A stretch of 63,324 bases of DNA, filler included, from Choristocarpus tenellus KU-1152 (lineage: Eukaryota > Protista > Phaeophyceae), in NCBI GenBank assembly GCA_964200185.2. It is 11 parts of 11 records of this genome, joined end to end, with 100 filler letters (N's around TTAATTAATTAA, not from the genome) between each part and the next. Parts side by side here need not be neighbours in the genome. Positions count along the whole stretch, not along the records: positions 10,749 to 15,518 come from CAXNAD020013124.1; positions 15,619 to 19,998 come from CAXNAD020014820.1; positions 20,099 to 30,183 come from CAXNAD020003160.1; 8 more parts are not named here. The stretch is one strand, 5' to 3'. The notes beneath the pieces are model-generated. The model had not been told where the DNA came from. It saw only the letters and a list, made by a program, of their open reading frames with translations, and did no database searches. Shown here in pieces: positions 14,960 to 25,747 of this stretch (position 1 is its first letter; each line of letters begins with the position of its first letter). Both the position numbers and the translations under genes were made by a program.

Positions 14960-15090
14960 CAAGTAAACAAGAGCTACGCTAGGTTTTGGCCGTTTTGCAT
15001 TGGAAGTCATTTTTCAATCATTTTCAATTCACCCATATTGCTATGGATGGAGGGTAAGTTTGGTTTGAGGTGATTGATTTTATTGTTTGA
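14960..15090. repeat. Dispersed repeat; inverted homolog at 59440-59575
   Basis: AAGTAAAC(A/G)AGAG.TAC..TAGGTTT.GGC.GTTTTGCATT...CCCATATT...ATGGATG aligns with the reverse complement of 59440-59575. Confidence 0.65.
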
Positions 15091-15326
15091 AAAATGTCGA
15101 CACAATGCGGAAAATATCCTATACGCACTTGAAAAAAAGTGAATTTTACACATATATGCTGTCAAATTAAAAATCCAACTCTGGCTACCTCTCATATACT
15201 TAGAATCAAATGCCTACAAAGTCACAAGTCATCAATACTTGCCGCGAAGAACTATTTCCATTCAACTAATGGGTGATTATGGGATTCATTTGTTGTGGAA
15301 AACAGGGTGGGCGTGGAACTTTTGGC

Positions 15327-15508
15327 CCAAAGTATCTGGGGGAAGGGAAGGGGGAGCCTACACCAGGATGTCCATTTGGGTCAAAATCAGGAAAAGTGCA
15401 TTAACATTATCCATTGGACGTATGCAAAACCAAATCATCTAAAAATCGCGACATGAAAAAATTGACCCCAAATGGACAGCCACCCCCCCCCCCCCCCCCC
15501 CCCCCCCC
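15327..15508. mobile_element. MITE family B (TIR CCAAAGTATCTG + poly-G/poly-C)
   Basis: Starts CCAAAGTATCTGGGGG. Body matches the reverse complement of 25027-25175. The complementary end CCCCCAGATACTTTGG is at 10749-10764 and 49529-49544. Confidence 0.7.
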
Positions 15509-15518
15509 TTTTCCCTCT

Positions 15519-15618
15519 NNNNNNNNNNNNNNNNNNNNNNNNNNNNNNNNNNNNNNNNNNNNTTAATTAATTAANNNNNNNNNNNNNNNNNNNNNNNNNN
15601 NNNNNNNNNNNNNNNNNN
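15519..15618. other. Artificial contig linker
   Basis: 44 N + TTAATTAATTAA + 44 N. Confidence 0.99.
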
Positions 15619-18500
15619 AAGACTGAGAAACCCACCACATCTGCCATCTGTTCTTGAACTGACTCACACAGTCATCGGACTAGATGTGGAGGACCTTTAG
15701 GGCCTGTCCGTATTCACTGGCTAGAGGTATGAGGTGGTCTTTCACAAGCATCTCCATCGCATTCTGGACGAAATCGTTGTCTTGGCTTCGGTCTCCACTA
15801 CACACCGTCATGCTGTGAGCCCAAACCCTTCCCTTCCCAAGATTTCACTCTTCTCTGAGATCCCTCAACCACCAGACAATGGTCAGAAGCGCCGTAAGGA
15901 ATAGATTGGAGAACTCTTGTTTTGTCAAGTCATGGTGGTTGTGTTGAAGGTGGGCGCTGAAGTCCATGGACATGGCGGTGTGTCCTTTGGGGAGGCGGGA
16001 TTAGCAGTGTTTGTATTGTTGCGCCTGCCAAATGGTGGTGTTGTGATGAAGCAAGAAGCTCTTGTCGAAGTTTACAAATATGACTCTTAGGAGTGTAGGG
16101 AATCCCTCCGTCCGTGGGAACAGCACCTGTATTGAATGGGCCAGGTGGTTGTGTTTCGAGCGTTGGTGCTGGTGATAAGTCGTGGTGATTCAGGCTTTGT
16201 TGTTGTGTATTCGATATTGTTCGGTACTATGGGAGGGAGTATCTGCCCGTTGTTTGACGAATACGCCGTGACACATTCGATGTACACGGTAATTATTGCT
16301 TGAAGGAGACTGTCGCTCACCATTCGCCTCCGGCTGTGCTTGTCCATAGACCCTGTGGCGTCTTCGTCGTCGTTCTCCTCGGTCCTGTTCCTCCTGAAGT
16401 CGGAGGCGGACTCTCCCACTATGCACTTCGCCATAATCAAATCGTCGGTCATGCGATTATCCGCCCTCAGCTCTGCATATTTTGTCTTGATCATCTGGAT
16501 AATGTCATCTTTGGTGGTCCTGCTGGGGGTGGCGATACCAAGTCTAGAGGACAGTGCCTGTGTGGCAGTGTAGACGGACATAGAGATTTATTGCAGCATG
16601 GATGTGTGGTCTGGATGTGAACATGGGGATATGGTCGATTGGTAGGGTAGGTTGCTATACCGTCCTGGACCCAGCATGAGGGTGGAACCGGACAGGTTCG
16701 TCTTTCAAATCTAATTAATTGATGGTGTGTTTGCATAAGGCACACCTTTATCTCCTGGCAAGTCTTTTGTTGCAGGTCCGCCTCCACCACCGGGGTGTAT
16801 GCATGGACGAACTCGTTCCATGTGACACGGGTGCTGTGAGAGTCCAACATACAAGGGTATTTCCACATCGGATGAGATTACCAGTCACACCTGCCACATG
16901 TACCATTGACACAAGAATTTTTGAAACTGCCCAAGGAACCGCCAGAGGACGGTTCTCTGAGGGGCTCCAGTCTTTTAACAAAAGGTAAGCCCGGGGATCG
17001 CAAGCTGTCAGACTTGTTGAGGTTTCGCCCAAGGGTTGCTGTCTCTCTAATCAGTGACCAGCTTCGGCGGGTATTTTACTAATGTGAGGTTGTGTATACA
17101 TCCTGGCGTCGTGTTTAACCTTTTGACGGATGTGTATCCTGGCAGTGTGTTTAGTCTTTTGACTGATGTATAACCATGTAATCATGCCGGGATTCGATCC
17201 CATCACAGTAGCGTCATATAGAACTTTAGCACACCCCTGAGCTACCAAGCAAATAATCAGCTGACTACCTGCTGGGTAGCTCAGGGGTTTACTAGTGTTT
17301 TAACATCCAGCACGGTCCTCTCGCATCTGTTTTGTGTTGATTAATCCAAGAGTGGTTTTGGTGTCAGTGTAGAGGTTTGAGTAGGGGATCGCACGTCACT
17401 AGTGGAGTCCGGCTGTCGCAGCCACTAATTTTGAGGATGTAGTGAAACGGTGGGTTCATTATTTTGGTTGTTGCTCCAGCTCGTCGCGCTGACACATTCG
17501 CCACGTCATGGGTATGGTTTGGCATAGAAACTTACAGGAGGAATGCCGTTAAATGAGCACCACTTTTGAGTGCGATCTCCACATTTTCAGGGCCACATCC
17601 TTTGTCTTTGTCGCAGAATGTGCATGTGCATGCGCAAGTGCGTTGTCCATCGCCGCCAAAGATCGTCCTTGCATTTACTTTCTTCCACTTCTCTCTTAGG
17701 CACTGAAACTAAAGGTCGGTGGTAATGTGGTCAATGCAAATGCACGATCTGTATTGTGTGGAAGAGTGGAGGAAGGCATACGGTGGGTTAACACCCCCTG
17801 TGTGTGGAGAAGATGATGCGGTATGTGACTGGGTACCCTGTCGCGGTTAGGAAACGTAGAGACTTACCCAAACATCTCCGTAGCGCGTGTCCCTAAAATC
17901 GAAAGAAAATTTCCGCACACACCTTGGCTGGACCTTTGTGATGTAGAACGGTCTCCACTTCACGGATGTCGACAGACAGGGTATTGGCCCTGACGTCCCC
18001 TCCCGTTCGAATCTCTCCCTGAAGTTGGCATAGACATCGTCATCTGTCCCAATCTGTGTCCTGTTGTCACGTCGGTTGCACCTGTGCAAATTACCTTAGG
18101 AGGTAACTATTGTCCTATTTTGCACAGCGCCATGTATACGTTGTGTCATGTTGAAGTTTTGTTGGTCGAGGATAAACGTTATAATGATTAATCCATAGAG
18201 TGTCAAGGGTGGATATATATGCAATACTTGTAACGATGACAGTCACTAGTGTGGAGTACCTCTGAGCGTGCTGTTGGCACAGTGCATTCGGGTGGCAAAC
18301 TCTCTTGTTCGTATGTGGGTCCAAGTAGTGCATGCCCTAAGTGGAATCATGAGATGTGACTGGATCGTGGGGCATGGCGGTGCTGTTGCTCTCCCATACG
18401 GTGATGCCAAGAACATGAATACATCCCATGAAGCATGTATAGGACGAAGTGAATTGAGGTAGTTTATCAAACGGTAGAGTGTGTATTTTGATCTGACTTC
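15619..18500 (-). mobile_element. Sola2-like DDD transposase pseudogene, intron-containing, interrupted by an insertion at 16973-17305
   Basis: Motifs in order: VYANFRERF...RPFYITKVQPR|SCICIDH (joined across GT-AG intron 17749-17922); CMLDSHSTRVTWNEF; FLLHHNTTIWQAQQY...LPKGHTAMSMDFSAHL; CSGDRSQDNDFVQ; LHI*SDDCVSQFKNR. These match Sola2-type RP..C.C..H, H..WQ..Q, DF.EN, SD...HD..V and WSDGC..Q.KN. Several in-frame stops; runs off the contig end. Confidence 0.75.
16973..17305 (-). mobile_element. ~330-bp structured non-autonomous element (tRNA-like head, terminal 39-bp fold-back)
   Basis: Minus strand has GGTAGCTCAGGGG (A-box-like) and GGGATCGAATCCC (B-box-like). Arms 17222-17260 and 17261-17299 are imperfect inverted repeats centred on CAGCTG. 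TTTTAACA is at both ends. Homologous copies at 25847-26700. Confidence 0.75.
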
Positions 18501-18565
18501 TTTGGGAAACAGTTGACAAATGCTTCGTAGGTGTCGCCCTATATAATATTGGCGTATGTATGTAC

Positions 18566-19504
18566 TGTTACAGGCGAATAGCGCGAGCATTTCTTCTTGT
18601 GTTCCAACGAAGTGCGAGCATTTGTAACACACGAATAGTGTGAGCATTTCTTCTCATGTTTTAGAAAACACGAACATTTGTGACAGAAGTATAGTGCGAG
18701 GATTGTTCCTCGCGTTCTAACAAGTGCGAACAATATACGATATTAGTAACACATAGGTGGCCTTACAAAATAACTGATGATTTCATAGAAGATACAGGGT
18801 AAGATTTGGAATGCATACGTAACATTACAGAAGAAAATGTCGAAGTCTCTAAGAAGTTGCAGAATAAAGGTGTATGATTGGAGTACGTGTAGAGCAGTTG
18901 CATAGGAGACCAAAGAAATTGGGTGCATGATGAAAATAATAAGAGGGCTTTTGGTTAAACACCTTTTGACCCTTCTTGTGCAAAATAGGACAATAGTGAG
19001 GTGTACCTTATTTAGTGTATGAGAGATATAACTAATGAGATAGTACATCCGGATTATGAATGGGAATATGTATGGGTTTTTTATTCTGCATTCAACTACT
19101 TTGACATATAACCATGGACTCATGTATGAGACACAAATAATAATAAAAACAAGCAATGAGACGACACCCTACAAAGGTCACTCTTATAATTTTCAACCAT
19201 GTAATCACGTTCAGCAAAGAAAGGGGGTCGTGTGAGGCTTCACACCTTCTTGTCTTCACTACTAACAAATAGCATTACCTCCCAAGGTAATTTGCACACT
19301 TCTTACCCTTCAGTCTTATCTTTATCTTGAACGAAACTTTGAGTCGAGCTTTGAGCTAAGCACTGAGTGGAATATCAAGAGAGAAGGATACCTGACACCC
19401 TACAAACTGTTATCAAGGGCAACGCCCCCATAGCGTCGTTTTAAGGTCGTTGGATTTGAGTTGCATATTCTGTGGAGGTGAGTTCTGAGGGGCACGCTGT
19501 AACA
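18566..19504 (+). mobile_element. Complete LTR, family A (~940 bp)
   Basis: Begins TGTTACAGGCG and ends CTGTAACA; the family end CGCCTGTAACA is the exact reverse complement of the start. Both ends are shared with 26698-27230. Followed directly by a PBS. Confidence 0.85.
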
Positions 19505-19522
19505 TGGAGGCCCTATCGAGAC
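19505..19522 (+). promoter_or_regulatory. Primer-binding site, tRNA-Gln-like
   Basis: TGGAGGCCCTATCGAGAC directly after the LTR CA. Complementary, with mismatches, to a eukaryotic tRNA-Gln 3' end (..TCTCGGTRGGACCT-CCA). Confidence 0.75.
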
Positions 19523-19711
19523 TTCCACCGTGTGACAGTACTACAATTGAAGTGTTCTGTCGAACGGTAAACTATTGTGTAGGATGGATTTTGTGGTGGA
19601 AGGGATACTGAACGTTTCATGTGGTATCGTTCTAATCCCCGATTCCTTCCGTCTAGACTGATAACCCATTCTCCGTACTCATTCCTTAGGCGGATATCCA
19701 GGGGTGCACGT

Positions 19712-19998
19712 TCAAATGCCATTTGGGACCCCGACGCCAAATTGTCCTACTCCCCCGAAAACTCCTCTAGGTGGGGGCGCCAGTCTGTGCAGAAAGCTGA
19801 AGCACATGCCCTCCTGAAAAAAGACCCACAGACAACCGGGCAACACTTCACCCCAATTGCGGACAGTCTGGAGTTGGAGTGGAGTGTCCAGAACTCTAGG
19901 GGTAGGGAGTCCGGGGAGGTGTAGGCTAGCTCCCATAGTTTTGCAAACGCCTCTGTCACTTCCTCGTGACCAACGTCTGTCGTGATGGCTGATCTGAT
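19712..19998 (-). mobile_element. Non-LTR retrotransposon RT fragment (CRE-like), degenerate
   Basis: SRLSAIGVKCCPVVCGSFFRRACASAFCTDWRPHLEEF, frameshift, VGQFGVGVPNGI. Resembles the RP..VG...RR...Q.GVG...G block of CRE/R2-group RTs. Confidence 0.6.
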
Positions 19999-20098
19999 NN
20001 NNNNNNNNNNNNNNNNNNNNNNNNNNNNNNNNNNNNNNNNNNTTAATTAATTAANNNNNNNNNNNNNNNNNNNNNNNNNNNNNNNNNNNNNNNNNNNN
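19999..20098. other. Artificial contig linker
   Basis: 44 N + TTAATTAATTAA + 44 N. Confidence 0.99.
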
Positions 20099-20313
20099 AT
20101 TCCAATGTTTGTAAACCAAAGAAGCGCCAACGGTAAATGATGATAAGAGATCCTAAAAACGGCTCCAAATGGCTCAGTTCTTCTGACCCAGAGAGCCCTA
20201 CTTATTCAGTTCTCTCTTTCTGATATCGATCCCAATTAATCAATTTTCTTGTGCTACTTGATTCACCTGAGAGTACTGCTGTTCTGCTGAGCTGACGTGC
20301 GTTAATCTGTTAA

Positions 20314-20367
20314 TTGGATTTGACTTGTACATCCTGGAAAGGTGAGCATTGAGGGGCGCCTGCAACA
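20314..20367 (+). mobile_element. Diverged 3' end of LTR family A
   Basis: TTGGATTTGA.TTG.ACATCCTG..AGGTGAG...TGAGGGGCGCCTGCAACA matches the family 3' end. Confidence 0.65.
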
Positions 20368-21289
20368 CCTCTACACCCTCCCCTTCCCATCTTTCTCGGC
20401 CGAAAGCCCTGTGCCTAGAGGTATTTCATGGGCAAGTTACCTGGATCCTTGCCCGTCTGCTGTGTACGCCCATTTCCTCTTTCACTATCCCATACCACAC
20501 TCCTTTGACTCCGTTGCATTTCCCACTGTCCTAGGTTCTGGAGGAAGTAAACTTTGCTTCCGCATCCAAAACCAAATGCATCAGTTCTCTCTCTCACACC
20601 TAATATTGTGTACTCCAAGAGTTCGTCTGGTTCAGGTGAGGGTCACTGTTGGGATCCCCATGTTACAGTAACACCTTTATCACATTCCCCCGTTGTGACA
20701 CTGGGTCCACATCACCATTGCCAGTGTCCAACCACCCATCCAACCCCTCTGTCTCCATATCCAACTCCCTTACACTGCCTGCTACCACCGGACTTAGCTT
20801 AACTTCCTCAGGAGCATCTTGCCTGGACTCATCCACATTTCTCCCTCTACCTGGTTCCACTTCCTGAAGAATCAAACTCCCTTCCCTCAAATCCAAAAGT
20901 GGGGAATTTCAGTGGGGATTGACAGAGGTTGGGGACAGGTTAGTAGGAGTGTTGTTAGGCATATTGTGTGCATCAACTCATAATCCCAGTCAATCCTCCA
21001 GACCAACTGCATGAATCATGGCCAAGCCTTTCTACGTAATGAGTGGAATGGCTCGTTCCACTTTCCATTGAGTTGAGGAGTTCCAGGCACAGTGTATTCA
21101 TGCCTTATCTTGTGTGCATCCATATACGTCTTCACAATTAGCATTCTTGAACTCCATTCCCTCATCACTCCTCACACACCCAATATATGTGTTCTCCCCA
21201 CATCTGCCACATCACGAATGATGCATCTGATAAATATCAATATGTATAGCAGGTCTCACTCCCCCGGGGCATTGAGATGCAGCCCCAGC

Positions 21290-21730
21290 TAAGGTCAGCT
21301 CATCAGTTGCCACAACATCCTCCTCTGATATTGCATGCGCTCCAGTAGATTGCTCAAGATCAACATCCACTCTGCCATCCTTGAGGTAGGCCTCTCCTCC
21401 TCAACAGTTGCCCCTGGGACGATGGCATTTCCTTTTACACCTCTCCAAGGGTATGCTATCCTGTTGCTTTAACATCCTCCTCCAATATAGTATTCTCCCC
21501 AGTCGACCTCCCAAAATTGACACCAGCTCCAGCCATCCTTGAGGTAGGTATCTCCTCCTCAACTCTCCCCCCGGGGGTGATGGCATCTCCTTTAACCCCT
21601 CCAAGGGTATGCTCTCTTGTCACTACAACATCCTCCTATAATATTGTAGCCTCTTTAGAGGACCCCCCCGAGACAATATCTACTCTAATCCTTGCTGGGG
21701 CGAGTTCATCTACCCTGCTTCCTCCTGGAC
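21290..21730. repeat. Degenerate ~156-bp triplication
   Basis: AACATCCTCCT recurs near 21314, 21471 and 21627. CCATCCTTGAGGTAGG recurs near 21375 and 21533. CCAAGGGTATGCT recurs twice. Confidence 0.6.
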
Positions 21731-21847
21731 AAGAAATAGTCTTGAGACACTATTTTTCATATCTGATACATCAGGTGATTATCTTGTGTTCGGGTCAGGA
21801 AACGTCAGTAGGTTTATCCGGCTGGCTTTGAAAGTAAACATTTCATA

Positions 21848-22095
21848 GAGTGAAAGTATCTTAGAGGGTACGGGTCTTGCCCTGTTTGTCCGTTTGGGGC
21901 TTGGATTCCCACGTTTTTTTAAATTACATTTTACCTACTCCGAAACATTTCGGAGTAGGTAAAATGTATACGTTATGAAAAGGTGCGTGCGCAACAAGGA
22001 TATATCGACACTTCCTAATAAACATGATTTCCAAAATTGCATCAAACTCGCAACATTGGACTTTGGCCCCCAAACGGGCGCAACTCTACCTTCTC
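21848..22095 (+). mobile_element. MITE family C copy (GAGTGAAAGTATCTTAGAGGGTA terminus, internal palindrome)
   Basis: Homologous to 23277, 53562 and, inverted, 23471, 23796, 49545, 59164. Perfect 21-bp-arm palindrome at 21925-21968. Right TIR eroded. Confidence 0.85.
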
Positions 22096-22341
22096 ATTAT
22101 TCTTCCCAACCATCATGAAAAACTGCAATCCAGATTCTCCACCTGACTGTTTCCACACTTGAATCGACGAAAATCCACCAAGCTGTACTGGAGTACCGTT
22201 TGTGCTGCTCTCCACATCTCAAGCTTCACCGGTGTTAAGATATCCTCCCCTTTCCTTTCCCGTTTCTCCCCTTTCTTCGAGTGCTTGATCCAGAATGAGT
22301 CATTCTTGCCCAGTCACCCCAACAGCCCTAGTGTGTTTAGG

Positions 22342-22383
22342 GCAGCAGTAAGCCTTGTGCCCTGCCACTCCACAAACATAGCA
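22342..22383 (-). mobile_element. Gag-type CCHC zinc knuckle remnant
   Basis: CYVCGVAGHKAYCC = CX2CX4HX4C, in a frame with many stops. Confidence 0.65.
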
Positions 22384-23276
22384 AGCACCTGCATACGATC
22401 CGGAACGTGAGAAGATCAACAGTAGGGCAAGAAGATTGAAAGTATGATCCTCCACACAGCCAGCACTCCACACGTCCTAGTTGTCGATCCTTCAGCCACC
22501 CTGTAGTTCCACCTCTCGCATGGACTCCACCCATTATCAGTGCCCCACCATTGCTTCAAATTCGTCTTTCCTGTTGACATTTTTGCATCCTATAAGTTTC
22601 ACAAGCTCTCCTATCAAGTCTCGCTGCACATCCTTTTCCAGAAAGCTGTCTATAATATAGATAGCTGCATAGCAACAAGGGTTGGGGGTTGGTCTTCCCC
22701 CACGGGTAGATGAAGAGGACTGCAAAATGGCTCTTTCCGTAATCACTTTTCGAGCAAATGGTTCCTAAAGTTCTTCAAAATGCTACGAACAGACTATCAT
22801 GGTTGTCATTATTTGTGCAAGTCCACCTAAACCCTTCACCAAGTGCAATAGTCATGCTGACCTCTTGGACTTCTATCTTAGTCCATCTTGTTGCATCAAC
22901 TTAAAGCAGCTTACTCTTATGCGTCCTTGGTCAAAAGAACATCCATCCACCATAGAAACACACATAAGGAAGTTTTTTTTCAAAAAAAATTACTTTCCCC
23001 ATCTTCATCGCCGTTATACACCACAAACTTCACATGGAGAGGGATGAGTCGTTTGCAGGCCCTCTACTGCAGTCTTTGCTTGGTGCATATATCTGTTTGT
23101 TGCCTCCTCGTCTTCGTTCTTGAAGCCAGACTCGACTTGATCCCCACAATTATCAATGACTGTTGCTGGTGTCGTCTCTCTATGCTGTACTTATTTGTAG
23201 CACATCTGCTGTTACCGATGGCCGCCTCCATCGGGATTCCTCCTCTAATCGATCGCGCTAGCCATAAAAAATTTGC

Positions 23277-23763
23277 GAGTGAAAGTATCTTAGAGGGTAC
23301 GAGTTTTGCCCTGTTTGTCCATTTGGGGCTTGGCTTCCCTCAGGATTTTTTATTACATTTTTCTACTCCAAAATGTTTCGGAGTAGGCTAAATGCATACT
23401 TTATGAAAAGGTGCGTCCAGAACAAGGATGTTGACACTTCATAACAAACACAATAGCCAAAAACACATCAGAGCCAAAGCATCTTAGAGGGTAGGATCGC
23501 GTCCATTTGGGTAATTTTGGCTATCGTATTTGTTTGAAAGTGTCAATATCCTTGTTCCCGACACACCTTTTCATAACGTCTACATGTTACCTACTCCGAA
23601 ACAATTTGGATTAGGAAAATGTCATTAAAAAAACATGGGAAGCCGAGCCCAAATGGACAAACAGGGCAAAACTTGTACCCTCTAAGATACTTTCACTCTC
23701 AAAATCGCTTGGGTTTTGGATCCTCAAATGGACGCGGCTCTACCTTCTAAGATGCTTTGCCTC
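23277..23763 (+). mobile_element. MITE family C copy carrying a nested inverted copy
   Basis: Left TIR at 23277, right TIR ...TAAGATGCTTTGCCTC ending 23763. Interrupted at CATCA|TCAAAA by 23471-23698. Confidence 0.85.
23471..23698 (-). mobile_element. MITE family C copy, nested and inverted
   Basis: GAGCCAAAGCATCTTAGAGGGTA ... TACCCTCTAAGATACTTTCACTC, with TCA on both sides (23468-70 and 23699-701). Confidence 0.85.
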
Positions 23764-23795
23764 CGCACACTTTAATAACTAATGCTAGCTAGCAT

Positions 23796-24054
23796 GACCC
23801 AAAGCATTCAAGAGGGTAGGGCCGTGTCCGTTTGGGGTCATAAACCCAATGTTGCGAATTTGACTGATTTTGACTATTGTGTTTGTTCGCAAGTGTCAAT
23901 ATCCTTTCTCCGGGCACACCTTTCATAGTTTCATACGTTTTAGGTAACTGTGTTCACACAGAAAACCGAAAAAAGGGCATGAAAAAACTATGGGAAGCCA
24001 AGCCCTGAACGGACAAACAGGGTAAAACTCCTACCCTCTTAGATGTTTTTACTT
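23796..24054 (-). mobile_element. MITE family C copy (diverged)
   Basis: GACCCAAAGCATTCAAGAGGGTAG ... CTACCCTCTTAGATGTTTTTACT; internal palindrome replaced or eroded. Confidence 0.75.
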
Positions 24055-25026
24055 TGATGCTAGAAAAGGTAATGTTTCCCAATACTTGCGTATATAAATG
24101 ATTTGATTTGATTAGTTCCTTGTTAGGTTGGACAGCTTGTAGATGAAGTTAGGAAGGAGAAAGGAGGAGTGGGCCTTCAAGTCCGAGCTGGGGGGGTCCT
24201 TGCCACCGATCATTCGTATTCTGTGGATCACTATCACCAAATACATATTAGTTGCTACAATATTTCCCATTCCTGATCTCTTCTGTATTCTAGTTCATAC
24301 GTATCTTCTATTCCTCAGAATACCAACATGGTTTCTTCCATCTTGTTTCATTCTTACGGAATCCACTTTTCACACAAATAAAAAGCAAATTCTTGACAGT
24401 AACCTGCTCGGGGCGTTTTTATAATATGGACGCCCTACCTTTTCTTTACCAAACTGAAAAGAACACTCAGCTCACCACATAATACTTCTGATATTTCCTC
24501 AATACAATCTTGATTCATCCTTCATGTTATTATTGGCTCCTTGAGACGTCCTGGATTCATCCTCCATGACACTGTGGAATTATACCTACTTGTGGTCTGC
24601 CTTTCTGCTGGGAATCTGCCCTCCTCTTCTCTCCAGTCGGGGGAAAGGGTCTACCTTATGGCATCTGTGGCTTGGACGCCACATTCTGAGCTTAGGATGG
24701 TCTTGCGACTATGCTTTCTGTCATGGTCATACCAATGCTTCTGAAACGCTAGTGCTACAGGCCATTGCTTCAGGGTCTCAAGGCTATGCACAGTGAGGTT
24801 ATTGGTCGCATTACTGCATGCACTGTGTTTCCCGAGTTTTGTAGAGTAGGTTCGACCTTGACTGCATACTCAAACTTGCCATCAGCTCGTGCTCTCGTGG
24901 TTTTCCCACTCTCTTCTGCATTGCGACACCACTCTCCAGGTTTTGTCAAGTCTCTATACATCGAGGTGCTGCAGGTCAACCGACGTACCTTGTTCCGTTT
25001 ACATATGTCCTGGGGTCTGTTTAGGT

Positions 25027-25175
25027 TCAAAGTAACTGGGGGGGTGGCGGCTGTCCATTCGGGGCTCATTTTTCCATTTCGCGATTCTTGGGTGATTTGG
25101 TTCCATACATTGGATGGATAATGTAAATGCACTTTTCCTGATTTTGGTCAAATTGACACCCTGGTGTAGACCCTC
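25027..25175. mobile_element. MITE family B copy
   Basis: Reverse-complement homolog of 15357-15490; begins CAAAGTAACTGGGGGGG. Confidence 0.7.
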
Positions 25176-25747
25176 ACTCTGAGCCTTACCCCTGTCCCGT
25201 CCAAGCATTCTCTCCCCCCCCCCCATCCTCCATGGGGCACTATGGTTTGCCCACCTGATACCACAGTTGTCAGTCTGCCATCGCCACCCCACCCACCTAT
25301 GCTGATCCCTGTCGTTCCTTTGACCCCTATGGTCCAAGGTGAGCTAAATTTTTCCATATCGACCAGTATCCTTACCCAACCAGCCCGTGCCCACCTTAGT
25401 CTTGTTTCTTATTTGTCTCATATGAATCGAGAATGATCCCGACCCATGATCAGAGGAACTACTCTCGGCAAAACTTGTCATACAAACTTCTATCTACTCA
25501 CTACTACTATGCACTGCAGCAAATTCTACTGCTTCCGTTCCTACCTTTGTTCTTTCAGGTTTGGTTCAGGGCTTCAACCCCTCGTCACTTTGTCTCCTCC
25601 CTCGAAGACACCTCCTGAAGGTTTTCACTTTGATCTTAGTCCAGCATTGCTGTGGCATAGCACAGGCAAGATAGAAACAGCTACACAATGAGTTGTGGTT
25701 GCTAGTTGGAATAGCATCATCGAAATCAAACTTTTCAAAAAAGCATA

